Of a stretch of DNA of 64,000 nt, positions 11,221-22,783 are shown piece after piece; positions within the stretch are counted from its first letter, which is position 1; each line of letters opens with the position of its first letter. The translations under genes were made by a program, and so were the position numbers. A model generated the notes under the pieces. It had not been told where the DNA came from. It made no database searches and saw only the letters and a list, made by a program, of their open reading frames with translations. The stretch comes from Malacoraja senta (Eukaryota): assembly GCA_038087875.1 (NCBI GenBank), contig CM075990.1, positions 17,486,001 through 17,550,000 on the forward strand, written 5' to 3'.

Positions 11221-12264
11221 AGGTCGAGATCCTTTCTCAGACCATGTCTCTAAGATAATTAGCATAATTCAGATTAGGTCTGTATTCAGACACTCGGTTT
11301 TATTAAGAGCTTGTTATTGTTCTAGTTTGCACTTCATTTCCCTATTTCCATATTAGATCAGACTATGCCTGACACAAACCTGCATCCCACATATAGTTTA
11401 AGTACACAATTAGTTCTCTTGATTCACAGAGAAATGATTCATCTGTTGTTTTCTCTAATGGAAAAGAAACACTTTCCCAACTCCTGTCAACCTGTCAATA
11501 ATCTTCAGGATAACACTGAGGGGGGAGTGAGTGTCTGATCATACTCTTAATTGAACAGATAACCCAGGAGACAAGAAAAAAAAATCCTATCTCTCCCGCA
11601 ATTGAACTTGATCCTTCCAAACCTTAGAGATATTGAGGAGCTGAATTGTCTGTCTGTGAGTGGCGTCTGAGCTGTGTTTGACATCCCATTAGTTAGTGCA
11701 CAGTGGTGTGAATCTGAGGGGTTTAATTACAACTAATGACTGATCAGGGGCACAATGCTGTTCCCAGCAATTAAAAACATTGGTGCAAATAGTTCATATA
11801 AATCGAGCGGAAGGCTGGCTCTGCATCGACACGAGAAAATTCCCTGGTGAAAATCAGTGCTGCAAAGATACAATTCCTTCAGAGTAGCTTCATAATTGTC
11901 TTCATCTTTAATGGAATAAACCGTGGAGTGTAGTTTGCTTTTGTACGGGCAACCTGGATGAACGCAACACTAGATTGTGGAGTGATGTACCTCAATTGTT
12001 TGGGAAGACAATCTAATAGACTTTGAATAATTAAAACAAATTGTTTGCTCTTTAAAGAGGAGAAGAAGTAGTTGTTGATGTCAGGTTGGTGGTAAAGCCT
12101 TATCATCTCAGCTGGAGAGAGAAATTAGTTGCGCAGCGCAATGTCCCAGAGGAGCAGACCACAAATTTGTTTGTAGCTTAGTGGAGATGAATCTTCTTGA
12201 CAGATGAGTTTGGGGACAAATGAATGATTATGATTAATCAGAGATCTTACCTCTCACCTGTGAG

Positions 12265-12585
12265 GCCGGCACGGTGGCGCAGCGGTAGAGTTGCTGCCTC
12301 ACAGCGCCAGTGACCCGGGTTCCATCCTGACTACTGGTGCTGTCTGTACGGAGTTTGTACGTTCTCCCCGTGACCTGCGTGGGTTTTCTCACGGATCTCC
12401 GGATTCCTCCCACACTCCAAGGACGTTCAGGTTTGTAGGTCAATTGGCTCGGTGTGATTGTGAAATTGTCCCTAGTGTGTGTAGGATAGTGTTAGTGTGT
12501 GGGGATCGCTGGTCAGTGCAAGCCCGGTGGGCCGAAGGGCCTGTTTCCACGCTGTATCTCTAAACTAAACTAAACTAAACTAAAC
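12265..12585 (+). mobile_element. HE1-like V-SINE, full length with (TAAAC)n tail
   Basis: GGCACGGTGGCGCAGCGGTAGAG head, V-domain and GGGCCGAAGGGCCTGTTTCC...CTCTAAACTAAACTAAAC tail. Confidence 0.9.
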
Positions 12586-12606
12586 CATGTTCAGACTGGT
12601 GCATGA

Positions 12607-12855
12607 GGCATCTGTGGTGTTGTGTTGCTGAGGTAGGATCAGGGTGTATCACGGGTACTGACCTCCTCACCATTGAAGGGATCTACAAGAGTCGCTGCCT
12701 CAAAAAGGTAGCCAGTATCATCAGAGACCCACACCACCCTGGCCACACTCTCATCTCACTTCTCCCATCCGGAAGAAGGTACAGGAGTCTGAAAACTGTA
12801 ACATCCAGGTTCAGGGGCAGCTTCTTCCTAACTACCATCTGTCTATTAAACACTA
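12607..12855 (+). mobile_element. Rex1/Babar-derived fragment with a non-Rex 5' head
   Basis: ORF 12603-12938 contains IEGIYKSRCLKKVASIIRDPHHPGHTLISLLPSGRRYRSLK. The head is shared with 18268-18310. Confidence 0.75.
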
Positions 12856-13119
12856 TGAACTGCACATACACGATGGAGCAGAAAGCCCAACGCGGTCACA
12901 AGGAGAACGTACTAACTCTGTACAGACAATACCCGTAGTCAGGATGGAACCCGGGTCTCTGGCGCTGTGAGGCAGCAACTCTACCGCTGCACCACCATCC
13001 TGCTACTCTTATTGAAACCAAAATCATTTAAAAAATCAACTGTTAACTCCTCTGTGCGAGGAATATTTACACAAACCACAGTAAAACAGGTGGAAGAGTT
13101 ACTGAGCAAAACGATAGTC

Positions 13120-13335
13120 TGTGGAATTCTCTGCCTCAGAGGGCGGTGGAGGCCGGTTCTTTGGATGCTTTCAAGAGAAGGCTAGATAGGGCTCTTAAAA
13201 ATAGCGGAGTCAGGGGATATGGGGAGAAGGCAGGAACGGGGTACTGATTGGGGATGATCAGCCATGATCACATTGAATGGTGGTGCTGGCTCGAAGGGTC
13301 GAATGACCTACGTATTGTCCATTGTCTATTGTTTC
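13120..13335 (+). mobile_element. CR1 3' end
   Basis: TCTGTGGAATTCTCTGCCTCAGAGGGCGGTGGAGGCC...GGGGAGAAGGCAGGAACGGGGTACTGA with a (TATTGTC)n tail. Confidence 0.85.
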
Positions 13336-13339
13336 TTGA

Positions 13340-13810
13340 GGTCCTCTGAGGGAGCGCTGTATGTATGTATTTATGTATGTATTGTTAGATCTATGTACCA
13401 CTGTATGTAGCATGTTAGTACCTGCACTGATGTAAAGCACTTTGGTCAACGAGAGTTGTTTTTAAATGTGCTATAGAAATAACATTGATTTTACTTAACT
13501 ATTGACAGGAGTGACAGAGGGCCAAGTGAGAGGCTCCAGGCTGTGGGCAGATTCAATGTGACCAAAGGGATGGGTTTTAAAGACTGCCTTAGTGGAAGGA
13601 TAGTGAGGTTGTGGAGTGGAGAGGCCCAGAGGGAATCGCAGACCTCCTGGCTTTGACAGTTGAAGAGCCGGCCACCAAGAGGTGGGACAATTAAATTCAG
13701 GGACGAGTAAGAGGCTGGAAGTGGGGAGGTTTTGGCAGATGGAATTGGACAAGAGGAGATTTGGCAAAGCCACGGTGGGATTAGAGAACAAGAGAGTGAA
13801 TGTCAGCATT
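13340..13810. mobile_element. L2 3'UTR (+, 13340-13500) followed by an old L2 fragment (-, ~13550-13810)
   Basis: AAAGCACTTTGGTCAACGAGAGTTGTTTTTAAATGTGCTATA matches the tail of the L2 at 47156-47605. The downstream part resembles a decayed L2 ORF end. Confidence 0.6.
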
Positions 13811-14051
13811 TAAACAGGTAATGGTGAATCCCACGCTCCCTGTGAAATTCCGGAGTGGCCTGGTCTAACAAACATTTACAGTATTTTATTCTGATTGATG
13901 ACGTTCACCGCCAGGATCGCAAAATTAAAATTGCTCCCCCCCCCCCCAAGTGTGCGGCCCCCTAATAACACGCGAGGCAACACTCTGGGGCTATTCAATC
14001 TTTAGACAGGTGTGGATTAGTAACTGGACAAAACAAAACATTAATCTTTTT

Positions 14052-14370
14052 AAGAAAGAACTGCAGATGCTGGAAAAATCGAATGTAGACAAAAAATGCT
14101 GGAGAAACTCAGCGGGTGAGGCAGCATCTATCTCTCCCTCCTAACCCCATTCTCCTGCCTTCTCCCCATAACAAAGCAAGGACTGTGCCAAAGATTAATT
14201 TTTTGAAGGTAGACAAAAAATGCTGGAGAAACTCAACGGGTGAGGCAGCATCTATGGAGAGAAGGAATTGGCGACGTTTCGGGTCGAGACCCAGGGTCTC
14301 TCCATTCCTTCGCTCCATAGATGCTGCCTCACCCACTAAGTTTCTCCAGCATTTTTTGTCTACCTTCAAA
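14052..14370. mobile_element. Penelope-derived elements, including a ~70-bp-arm hairpin (14201-14370)
   Basis: TTTTGAAGGTAGACAAAAAATGCTGGAGAAAC... is the reverse complement of ...GTTTCTCCAGCATTTTTTGTCTACCTTCAAAA. A truncated hammerhead-like motif sits in the loop. Confidence 0.8.
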
Positions 14371-14914
14371 ACATGAATCTTTTTGGGCCATTGGAATCTG
14401 GGCTTCAAGACAGATGGAGATTTGGTGCTAAGAAATAAATGATGTGAATACTGAGAGATTATATTAGAAGCAGGAGTACTAATTGGAGTTGTGGATGTGG
14501 AGTGGGGAGTGGATCACGGTCTGGCTGGGTGGTTGCTATTGCAGACTGAGTGTCTCTGTGACTTGCTGCCAGACGGGGGCCAGTCGGCCTCAGATCCTTC
14601 CTCTCTGGTGTCTGGGGATGAGGGGAGGGAGCACAGGCTTGGCATCTCGAGGTGCTTTTGTTTTCATGTATCCCAGCTGATCTCAGGCTGAGACTCTACT
14701 GCCCAGCTCACACACAGTCAGTCACACAGTGTTAGCAGGCAGTACGCAAGGAGGTGGTGATGGAGGCAACTGACCCGGGGATACCCAGCTTCAGCCCACT
14801 GCTCCTCTGGTCATCTGCCTACCTGCTCTAAAGATGGTCTGTACTTCAGCTCACCCCTGCTGTTCATGCACCGGTCTAAATGCCTCCAGAACTTCGATCT
14901 CAGTGGGAGAATCC

Positions 14915-15232
14915 ACCAGCTGGAGAGGACAAGACGTCACAGCCTCAGAAATAAAGGACGTTTCTTTTAGCAAGGAGATGAGGAGGAATTTCTTTAGTCA
15001 GATGGGTGGTGAATCTGTGGAACGCATTGCCACAGAAGGCTGTGGAGGCCAAGTCAGTGGATATATTTAAGGCAGGGATAGATAGATTCTTGATTAGCAC
15101 GGGTCAGGGGTTATGGGGAGAAGGCAGGAGAATGGGGTTAGGAGGGAGAGATAGATCAGCCATGATTGAAAGGCGGAGTAGACTTGATGGGCCGAATGGC
15201 CTAATTCGGCTCCTGGAACTCATGACCTTATG
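14915..15232 (+). mobile_element. CR1 3' end
   Basis: ORF 15006-15233 VNLWNALPQKAVEAKSVDIFKAGIDRFL. Confidence 0.85.
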
Positions 15233-15414
15233 ATCTGCTATATCTGCACGCATATTGCTTTTGGCCCTGGCCTGACTTTGTTACCACAGAGCAGATGGTG
15301 GGGCCAGTATGTTGGACATCCTCCCCCCCCTCCCCCCCATCACCCCCCCACCCCCCCATCACCCCCCCCCCATCACCGCCCCATCCCCCCCCTCCCCGTC
15401 CCTGCTCCAGTACT

Positions 15415-16215
15415 ATGTTCAGAATAAAAAATATCAAAACAAGGACTGTGCAAAAGTTATTCTGACATTCTTGGAGGCTCTGCATACATTCACTAGCATT
15501 GTGTCGTCGTGTTCTCAGAAATATCATTATACCCACCACACTTGCTGCTCATGATGAACCAGTTTTTTTGTGTTTATATTTTAATCAAAATAAACTTTAT
15601 TCAGGTTTAAAAATATGTAAAAAACAAGAACTGTGTAAAATTCCTCTGACATTTCCCGCTACCATACATACTGTCGTCAGCATTATATTTGGTAGTGTTC
15701 CCATAAAGCACAATTATACCCCCCACCCTTGCCACTCATGTGCCCCCTGCAGTGCTACCCCTTCCCTCATTTGAGAGGTGTCCCCACCACACCCTGCCCC
15801 CCCATGTCCAGTAACGGAGGGACCCTAGACTGTGGTCCTCCCCCAGCGAGCCTTGGCGTTGGCTGCACCGAGCTTCAGTGCGTCCCTCAGCAGGTACTTA
15901 CTCCTGCAGTCTGCAGCGGGACAGTCGGCAACATTCCCTGACGGAAATCTCGCTCCGCTGGGTGAACAACGCTCGGGCAGACCAAAGAGCATCTTTCACC
16001 GAGTTGATGACCTTCCAGCAGCACTCGATGTCCGTCTCTGAATGTGTCCCTGGGAACGGTCCGTAAATCCTGTGTTTAGGAGCTTGTCGGGATAAACTGT
16101 GACAGGGACCCTTGCAGACCTCTCCAGACTCTCTTTGCGAATCCACACTCTGCAAACAGGTGGTAACCGTCTCCTCTCCACCGCAGCAGTTGCTCAAAAC
16201 CCACAGGGGATGTGT
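15415..16215 (-). mobile_element. Tx1-clade (L1 group) LINE 3' end, plus a second partial 3'UTR at 15415-15550
   Basis: Reads ECCWKVINSVKDALWSARALF...ECCRLSRCRLQE then YLLRDALKLGAANAKARWGRTTV* across a 4-bp insertion, with a T-rich tail at ~15563-15600. Confidence 0.75.
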
Positions 16216-16943
16216 TGACCAATATCTCCATCACAGGCCCCAATGGTCCTGTCATATCACCGTGTATACCCCACAAGCCAAATAAACGGCTATTTCCTGC
16301 ACTTATAGCCTATAATGTTGTACACAATGCTTCCAAAGTGCTGCCCTCATCTCTGTCCTAGCCATTCATTCATTTCTTCACAGCCCCACAATTGTTCTAC
16401 TCATGCAGGCTGTTAACAGCTGTGTAAAGTGTGTTAGTGAGGATGCAATCTAAATTAACAGAACATAGTTTCAACTCATGAGGTGCTGACAGATTAATGT
16501 TGAATTAAATGGTTTCTTACTGAAGATATGGCTTTGAAAGCGGGCTCTTAATTCACAATAGTAATCAACTGATATTTCCAAATTTAAACCGAGACTCCAC
16601 GCTCACTGGGGTCATTTACTAAGTGTAGACCCTCAGGACACAGCCTTGCCAGCGAAACACACTTCATCTTCTTGTCATGAGTGGGTTTATCCAGGGGACC
16701 CTTGACTGAGATCAGTCACTATATTCCCAATGCTCCCAGTTCTGGCAGTTTGTACACCCTTGATATTCCTCCCTCCCACACGGGCCGATGGGCCTCCAGC
16801 TGCCTAGACCCAAGGTCTGCAACTCCCTCCCTCCCTCAACCTCAATGCCCATCCTGTTATTCACCTTAATCATCGTTGCTTTTGACATTTCTTTCAACCA
16901 TTTGTTCTATGTACCATCTATTCCCTCTCGCCTGACTCTCAGT

Positions 16944-16971
16944 CTGAAGAAGGGTCTCGACCCGAAACGTC
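16944..16971 (+). ncRNA. Minimal hammerhead-ribozyme-like motif in a Penelope 3' end (~16860-17040)
   Basis: agt-CTGAAGAAGGGTCTCGACCCGAAACGTC-acc, intact. Confidence 0.55.
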
Positions 16972-17489
16972 ACCCGTTCCTTCTCTCCAGAGATGCTGCC
17001 TGTCCCGCTGAGTTACTCCAGCATTTTGTGTCTATCTTCTGGCGTTCTCTCATGTGGCTTGAAGTCAAGGTCTTGAAATAAGCCTTGGTTTGATTTACGG
17101 GGTGGAAGTTCTGCAGAGATCCTTGTTCTTGTTCTTACATTATTGCAAGAATAAGGGTCTTTAGAGGCAGACTAATCAACAGCTCATTAAATCAGATTAT
17201 TTCAGAAGGCTGTGTGTGATTGAACCATGACTTTAACCTGCATGGTCTGTAATCACCAGATCCAGAGTGTGTAAAACATACCAGAACCACATCATCCCAG
17301 CAATGAGCTGCCGGACAATGGGGTAGACCTGGGTACAATTACAATGTTGAAACGGTATTAAGACAGGAGTGATATTGAGTGATACAGACCAAATATAAGC
17401 GATTAGAATGAGCATTGATGTGTCTGATGAAGTGGGCTGTTAAGGCCCACGTACTATTGTATGTTGTACGATTCTAACTTTAAACAGGT

Positions 17490-17755
17490 CGGCATGGTGG
17501 CGCAGCGGTAGAGTTGCTGCCTCACAGCGCCAGAGACTCGGGTTCGATCCTGACTACGGGTGCTGTCTGTACGGAGTTTGTACGTTCTCCCCGTGACCTG
17601 CGTGGGTTTTCTCCAGTTGCTCCGTTTTCCTCCCACACTCCAAACATGTGCAAGTTTGTAGGTTAATTAGCTTTGGTAAAATTACAAATTGTCCCACGCG
17701 GTGCGGACTTGGTGGGTTGAAGGGCCTGTTTCCATGCTGTACCGCTGAAGTCTAA
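17490..17755 (+). mobile_element. HE1-like V-SINE
   Basis: tRNA-like head, V-domain and tail, with an internal deletion. Confidence 0.85.
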
Positions 17756-18267
17756 AGTCCCCTTTTCATTTGCACACCAAACATTCTCTCCCGAGCCTCC
17801 TCCAATGCCAGAGTGAGGCCACACACACTAAGGACAGCAGAGTTGTACATGGTAATATATGGTCACAATGGCTTCCACAGTCATCATCTTTGTGACACTG
17901 AGGTTTCAATCTCATCTCAATGACCAAACATTCCTAAAATCAAAAATATGTTGAAAATGATAATAATTAAAAAAATAAAAGTTCCACATAGATGGCAACT
18001 TAAATAAGCAATGCACCAAATGTATTTTCTACTGGATCAGATGCTGATATTATAGTTTATTCGAGGCACAATTAACATGAATAATTAGTCAATTCACATT
18101 TTTTAACAAAGGGAGCCATATTATTACTGTGTAGATTGGAGATTGGGATTGAATGATGTTTAATCAACTACTCCGTAATGGGAAAACTAGTCCATGGCAG
18201 TGCAGGATTAACAAAACAACATCAGTGCAAAAGCTAATTACAAAAGCAATTTGATGGCAGCACAAGT

Positions 18268-18515
18268 GGCAATCTGTGGTTTTCTGTTGCTGAGGTAGGA
18301 TTAGGATTTGTCACGGGTACTCACCTCCCCACCATCAAAAGGGATCTACAGGAGGCGATGCCTCAATAAGGCAGCCAGCATCATCCGAGACCCACACCAC
18401 CCTGGCCACGCTCTCATCTCACTGCTACCATCGGGAAGAAAGTAGAGGAGCCTGAAAACCATGACCTCCAGGTTCAAGAACAGCTTCGTCCCATCAACCA
18501 TCAGGCTCTTGAACA
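18268..18515 (+). mobile_element. Rex1/Babar-derived fragment with the same 5' head as 12607
   Basis: Contains GCAGCCAGCATCATCCGAGACCCACACCACCCTGGCCACGC and encodes ...TSRFKNSFVPSTIRLLN. Confidence 0.75.
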
Positions 18516-19023
18516 CTGCAAAACACCAAAGAAACACACACCAGGCCAATTCATCCATGCCAACCAACATTCCCCCAGTCCCATTTACATGCATTTGTTC
18601 CATATCCGTCTCAACCTTTCCCAGCCAAAGACTTCAGGGTTTTTTGCAGTATTATTGGGGGTCATTAATTTAGTTTATGATGTTATGTGTGTGTATTGTG
18701 TTTATGGGTCTGCTCTGTTGCTGCAAGTATGAATGTCATTGCTGCGTTGTCAGCACAGGTGATCATTAAATACTCGACACAGTAGGTTGTGTGGCTCGGT
18801 GGTTAAGGCTAACCTGCTGTGGCAGGGATTGAGTGGTGCTGAAACATGGACACATGTTGATTTAATCGCACCTCAGGGGAGGGGGTCTTCGGAGTTGCAG
18901 AGCTGGGTAGGTGGTCCCTGCTCTAACAAGCACCTCACTTCTTAAAGTCTTCATGTGTTTATCCTGGTGCTGGTGGCAAGGGCAGAGCAGAGGGAATATC
19001 ACGAATCTGTGGGGTGTGAAACT

Positions 19024-19535
19024 GTGTAGGAAGGAACTGCAGATGCTGGTTTAAACCGAAGATAGACACAAAAAGCTGGAGTAACTCAGTGGGTCGGGCA
19101 GCATCTCTGGAGAAAAGGCATTGGGTTGAGACCATCCTTCAGACTGAGAGTCAGGGGAAAGGGAAACAAGAGATACTGTATAGACGGTGATATAGAGAGA
19201 TATAGAACAAATGAATTAAAGATACGCAAAAAAGTAAACAGGCCATTGTTCGCTGTGGGCTAGGTGAAAATGAGTTACAGACAATGAGATAACAAGGTGA
19301 TTTTGAAGCTGGTATGACTTGGGTGGGGAAGGGATGGAGAGAGCGGGGTGCAAGGGTCATGAAGTTAGATAGGTTAATATTCATACCACTGGGGTGTAAG
19401 CTGCCCAAGTGAAATATGAGATGTGGTTCCTCCAATTTGCATTGGGCCTCACTCTGACAAGGGAGGAGGCCCAGGACAGAAAGGTCAGTGTGGGAATGGG
19501 AGGGGTAATGAAAATGTTTGGCAACCGGGAGATCA
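19024..19535 (-). mobile_element. Penelope-like element 3' end with GIY-YIG endonuclease C-terminus
   Basis: The minus strand reads DLPVAKHF..PSHSHTDLSVLGLLPCQSEAQCKLEEPHLIFHLGSLHPSGMNINLSNF, the typical PLE ORF end. It is followed by the same pLTR block found in the short copies. Confidence 0.85.
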
Positions 19536-19919
19536 TGCCGATCAGGCAGTGTTGCTTTACAAAGGCAGAAGCTGTGGGTCTGGATACGGTGTGACTGACT
19601 TATTGGGAATAGTTTGTGGTTTAATGATGGCCCGTGACTGAGGCATCAACCTCTCTATCAGAGGTCACTTTCTGCAGCTGCCCGACCCTGCGACCACAAT
19701 CTGCAAAGCCCAAGCAAACACATTCGGATTATCACTCGACAACGGGCAGAGTGAGCGTCACACCTCCACCACCCCTCCCTGGTGAAATGTCCACACCACC
19801 TCCACACCACTAATGGATTCCTCTGGTAATTCTGCTTTCAGTCACAGTCTGTGAGTACAGCCACACGTCCGGTACATCACTGCATCAACATTTACAGCAC
19901 TGTTCTCAGGCACCAGAAT

Positions 19920-20235
19920 CACAGTCATACAGCATGGAAACAGGCCCTTCAGCCCATTTTGTCCATGCTGTCCAAAGTGCCCCATCGAAGCAAGTCCAAT
20001 TGCCTGCGTTTGGCCCATATCCCTACAATCCTTTGCTATCTATGCATCTGCCCAAATGTCTTTTAAATATTGTTATTCTACTTGCTTCAACTATTTCCTC
20101 TGGCAGCTCGTTTCACACGCCAACCTCCCTCTGGGTGAAATCGTTGTCTCTCAGGTTCCTATTAAATCTTTGCCCTCTCACCTCAATCCTACGCACTCTA
20201 GTTCTTGATTCCTTTACCCTGGGAAAAAGATTCTC
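19920..20235 (-). mobile_element. CR1 3' end, older subfamily
   Basis: CATACAGCATGGAAACAGGCCCTTCAGCCC tail end and TCTGGCAGCTCGTTTCACAC (minus strand of the WNELPE motif). Confidence 0.75.
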
Positions 20236-20342
20236 GTATTCTCCACATGTGTGGGTATTATACTTACTGGGAATTGTTCCTGCTTCAACTGTTGAGCATC
20301 AGTCCAAGAATACAGACCAGAACATCTGTCTTTATTTACAAC

Positions 20343-20640
20343 CGCACGGTGGCACAGTGGTAGAGTTGCTGCCTCAGCACCAGAGACCAGAGTTCGATCC
20401 CGTCTGCGGGTGCTGTCGGTACGGAGTTTGTACGTTCTCCCCGTGGGTTTTCTCCAAGATCTTCAATTTCCACCCACACTCCAAAGACGTACAGGTTTGT
20501 AGGTTAATAGGCTTGGTATAAAACAAAAAGAAAAATTGTCCCTAGTGCGTGCAGGATAGTGTTAATGTGCGGGGATAGCTTGTCGGCACAGACTCGGTGG
20601 GAAGAGGGGCCTGTTTCCACGCTGTATCTCTAAATAAAAC
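20343..20640 (+). mobile_element. HE1-like V-SINE
   Basis: Head, V-domain and tail are all present. Confidence 0.85.
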
Positions 20641-20874
20641 AAAACGCTCACAGCAATTCAGTTGTGGAGGGTTAGTGTGGAGTTGTTCACCCAGCAGAAG
20701 AGGGAGAGGTGGAATCAGATTCAGAATTGTCATACCTTGAGTATGTCCCGCTGAGTTACTCCAGCATTTTGTGTCTATCGGAATCTACAAGCTTCAAATT
20801 GCTATTATTTACATGTCAATGAGGGTCAGATGAATTTATTTCCAGGAGGAGACTGAAGGAACCATATATTTGGT

Positions 20875-21100
20875 GAAGATAGACACAAACTGCTGGAATA
20901 ACTCAATGGGACAGGCAGCATCGCTGGAGAGAAGAGATGGGTGACGTTTCGGGTCGAGACCCTTCATCTGGAAGAAGGGTCTTGACCTGAATCATCACCC
21001 ATTCCTTCTCTCCTGAAATGCTGCCTGTCCCGCTGAGTTACTCCAGCTTGTTGTGTCTATCTTCGGTTTAAAACAGCATCTGCAGTTCCTTCCTGCACAT
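20875..21100. mobile_element. Inverted pair of Penelope-derived short elements
   Basis: GAAGATAGACACAAACTGCTGGA... pairs with ...TCCAGCTTGTTGTGTCTATCTTC. Two degenerate hammerhead-like motifs meet at the centre (20941-20998). Confidence 0.78.
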
Positions 21101-21719
21101 ATTTGGTGCATGCTGTTTCTGCTGTTATTGGAATGCTGCAGGAACATGTAAATGGAGGGGGTGAAGGAGGAGGGATGTAAATTTTGGTGAAGAATACCTT
21201 TGATTTCATGCACCTCAAACTGGAATTAAAGATACCGGCAGAGTTAAACAATAGGCAGAATAATAAAACATAGTGCAGAAGTTTAAAAAAAAAATCAGAA
21301 TCAGCATAAATGGGAAAGGTTGCTTGTTCGGAGTGCTTTTGTTCAAAGCTCCACATAAATCTTGGAATCTCAGCTCCTAATTTTTGTTTGCATTCCTCAG
21401 AAAAATCGTTACATTTTTATGAGACCACAAACCTCAGGTGCTGGAGTCTTGAGCAAAACACAAAGTGCTGGAGGAACTCAGTGGGTCACCATCAACCTGT
21501 ATACTATGGAAGGCACAATTGTAATCATGTATTGTCTTTCCACTGACTGGTTAGCACGCAACAAAAGCTTTTCACTGTACCTCGGTACATGTGACAATTA
21601 ACTAAACTAAACTAAACTTTTCACCGTGCCTCGGTAAATGTGACAATAATCTAAAACGAGACTGAAACTATGTGTTTAAATATAATGAGTGATTCTGGCT
21701 CTCCCACCTTCTCAAGTAG

Positions 21720-21872
21720 TGAAGGTAGACAAAAATGCTGGAGAAACTCAGCGGGTGAGGCAGCATCTATGGAGCGAAGGAATAGGTGACGTTTCGGGTC
21801 TCGACCTGCTGAGTTTCTCCAGCATTTTTGTCTATCTTCGATTTTTCCAGCATTTACAGTTCTTTCTTAAAC
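21720..21872. mobile_element. Inverted Penelope-derived short element
   Basis: GAAGGTAGACAAAAATGCTGGAGAAACTCAGC pairs with GCTGAGTTTCTCCAGCATTTTTGTCTATCTTC. Confidence 0.75.
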
Positions 21873-22569
21873 TTCTCAGGCAGTGAGATCAAAACATCCA
21901 ACCACCTATTAATTGCCATGAAAATAATGGTGATCTTTGACTGGACCATATATCACATGGACTACAGGGGGGTCAGGGTTCAGCAGTTGACTAACTGATC
22001 AATTTGCCAATGTTCACCATTAATACATTTGTAAGGATTACCAGTATTAACCAGTGTAAGCCCCTTGGTCACAGTGCCCCAGTAAGGCCCTTGTTAGTCA
22101 GAGCGAGGTGTTGGGGAGAATGCTTGTCCTCCGGGCTAGACATTGAGTAATTAACCACGCACCACAGCTGTGGCCACTGGGGAGGTAATTGTTTCCAGAC
22201 ATAATGAGAGAAAGTTCAGCACGTGTCCTCCAGATTAACCCCTTCTGCATCTAACTTACACCAAAGCAACTAATATTCTTACCACAGCACCGAGTGTTGT
22301 GGAGAGGCACTGTGGAGATAGATATTTTAGTATAGAATAATGGTTGAAATATGAAATTGACAGCACATACTAGTTTTGTGGAGACCCTTCTTCACCCATT
22401 CCTTCTCTCCAGAGATGCTGCCTGTCCCGCTGAGTTACTCCACCAGTTTGTAAACCAGCATCTGCAGTTCCTTCCTACACATAATAATTGTGCCACTGTA
22501 AGCACCAAGATAGAATAGAAATCAGTATTAGTCTCACAGGTCAAAGTGCTGGGGTAACGCCATGGGTCT

Positions 22570-22783
22570 CGCCTCAGAGGGCGGTGGAGGCCGGTTCTCT
22601 CGATACTTTCAAGAGAGAGCTAGATAGGGCTCTTAAAGAAAGCGGAGTCAGGGGATATGGGGAGAAGGCAGGAACGGGGTACTGATTGGGGATGATCAGC
22701 CATGATCACATTGAATGGGGGTGCTGGCTCAAAGGGCTGAATGGCCTACTCCTGCACCTATTGTCTATTGTCTATTGTCTATT
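22570..22783 (+). mobile_element. CR1 3' end inserted in a Penelope-derived element
   Basis: Encodes PQRAVEAGSLDTFKRELDRALK with a (TATTGTC)n tail. The flanks AAAGTGCTGGGGTAAC and GGGTCAGGCAGCATCTCTGG rejoin into the Penelope block. Confidence 0.8.

Noticed and set aside
12265..12335. tRNA-like sequence with A and B boxes
   Set aside because: It is the head of a multi-copy V-SINE, continuing into the V-domain and LINE-like tail. It is not a tRNA gene.
12629..12638. TGAGGTAGGA resembling a let-7 5' end
   Set aside because: The match stops after about 10 nt, no precursor hairpin is evident, and it lies in a repeat head.
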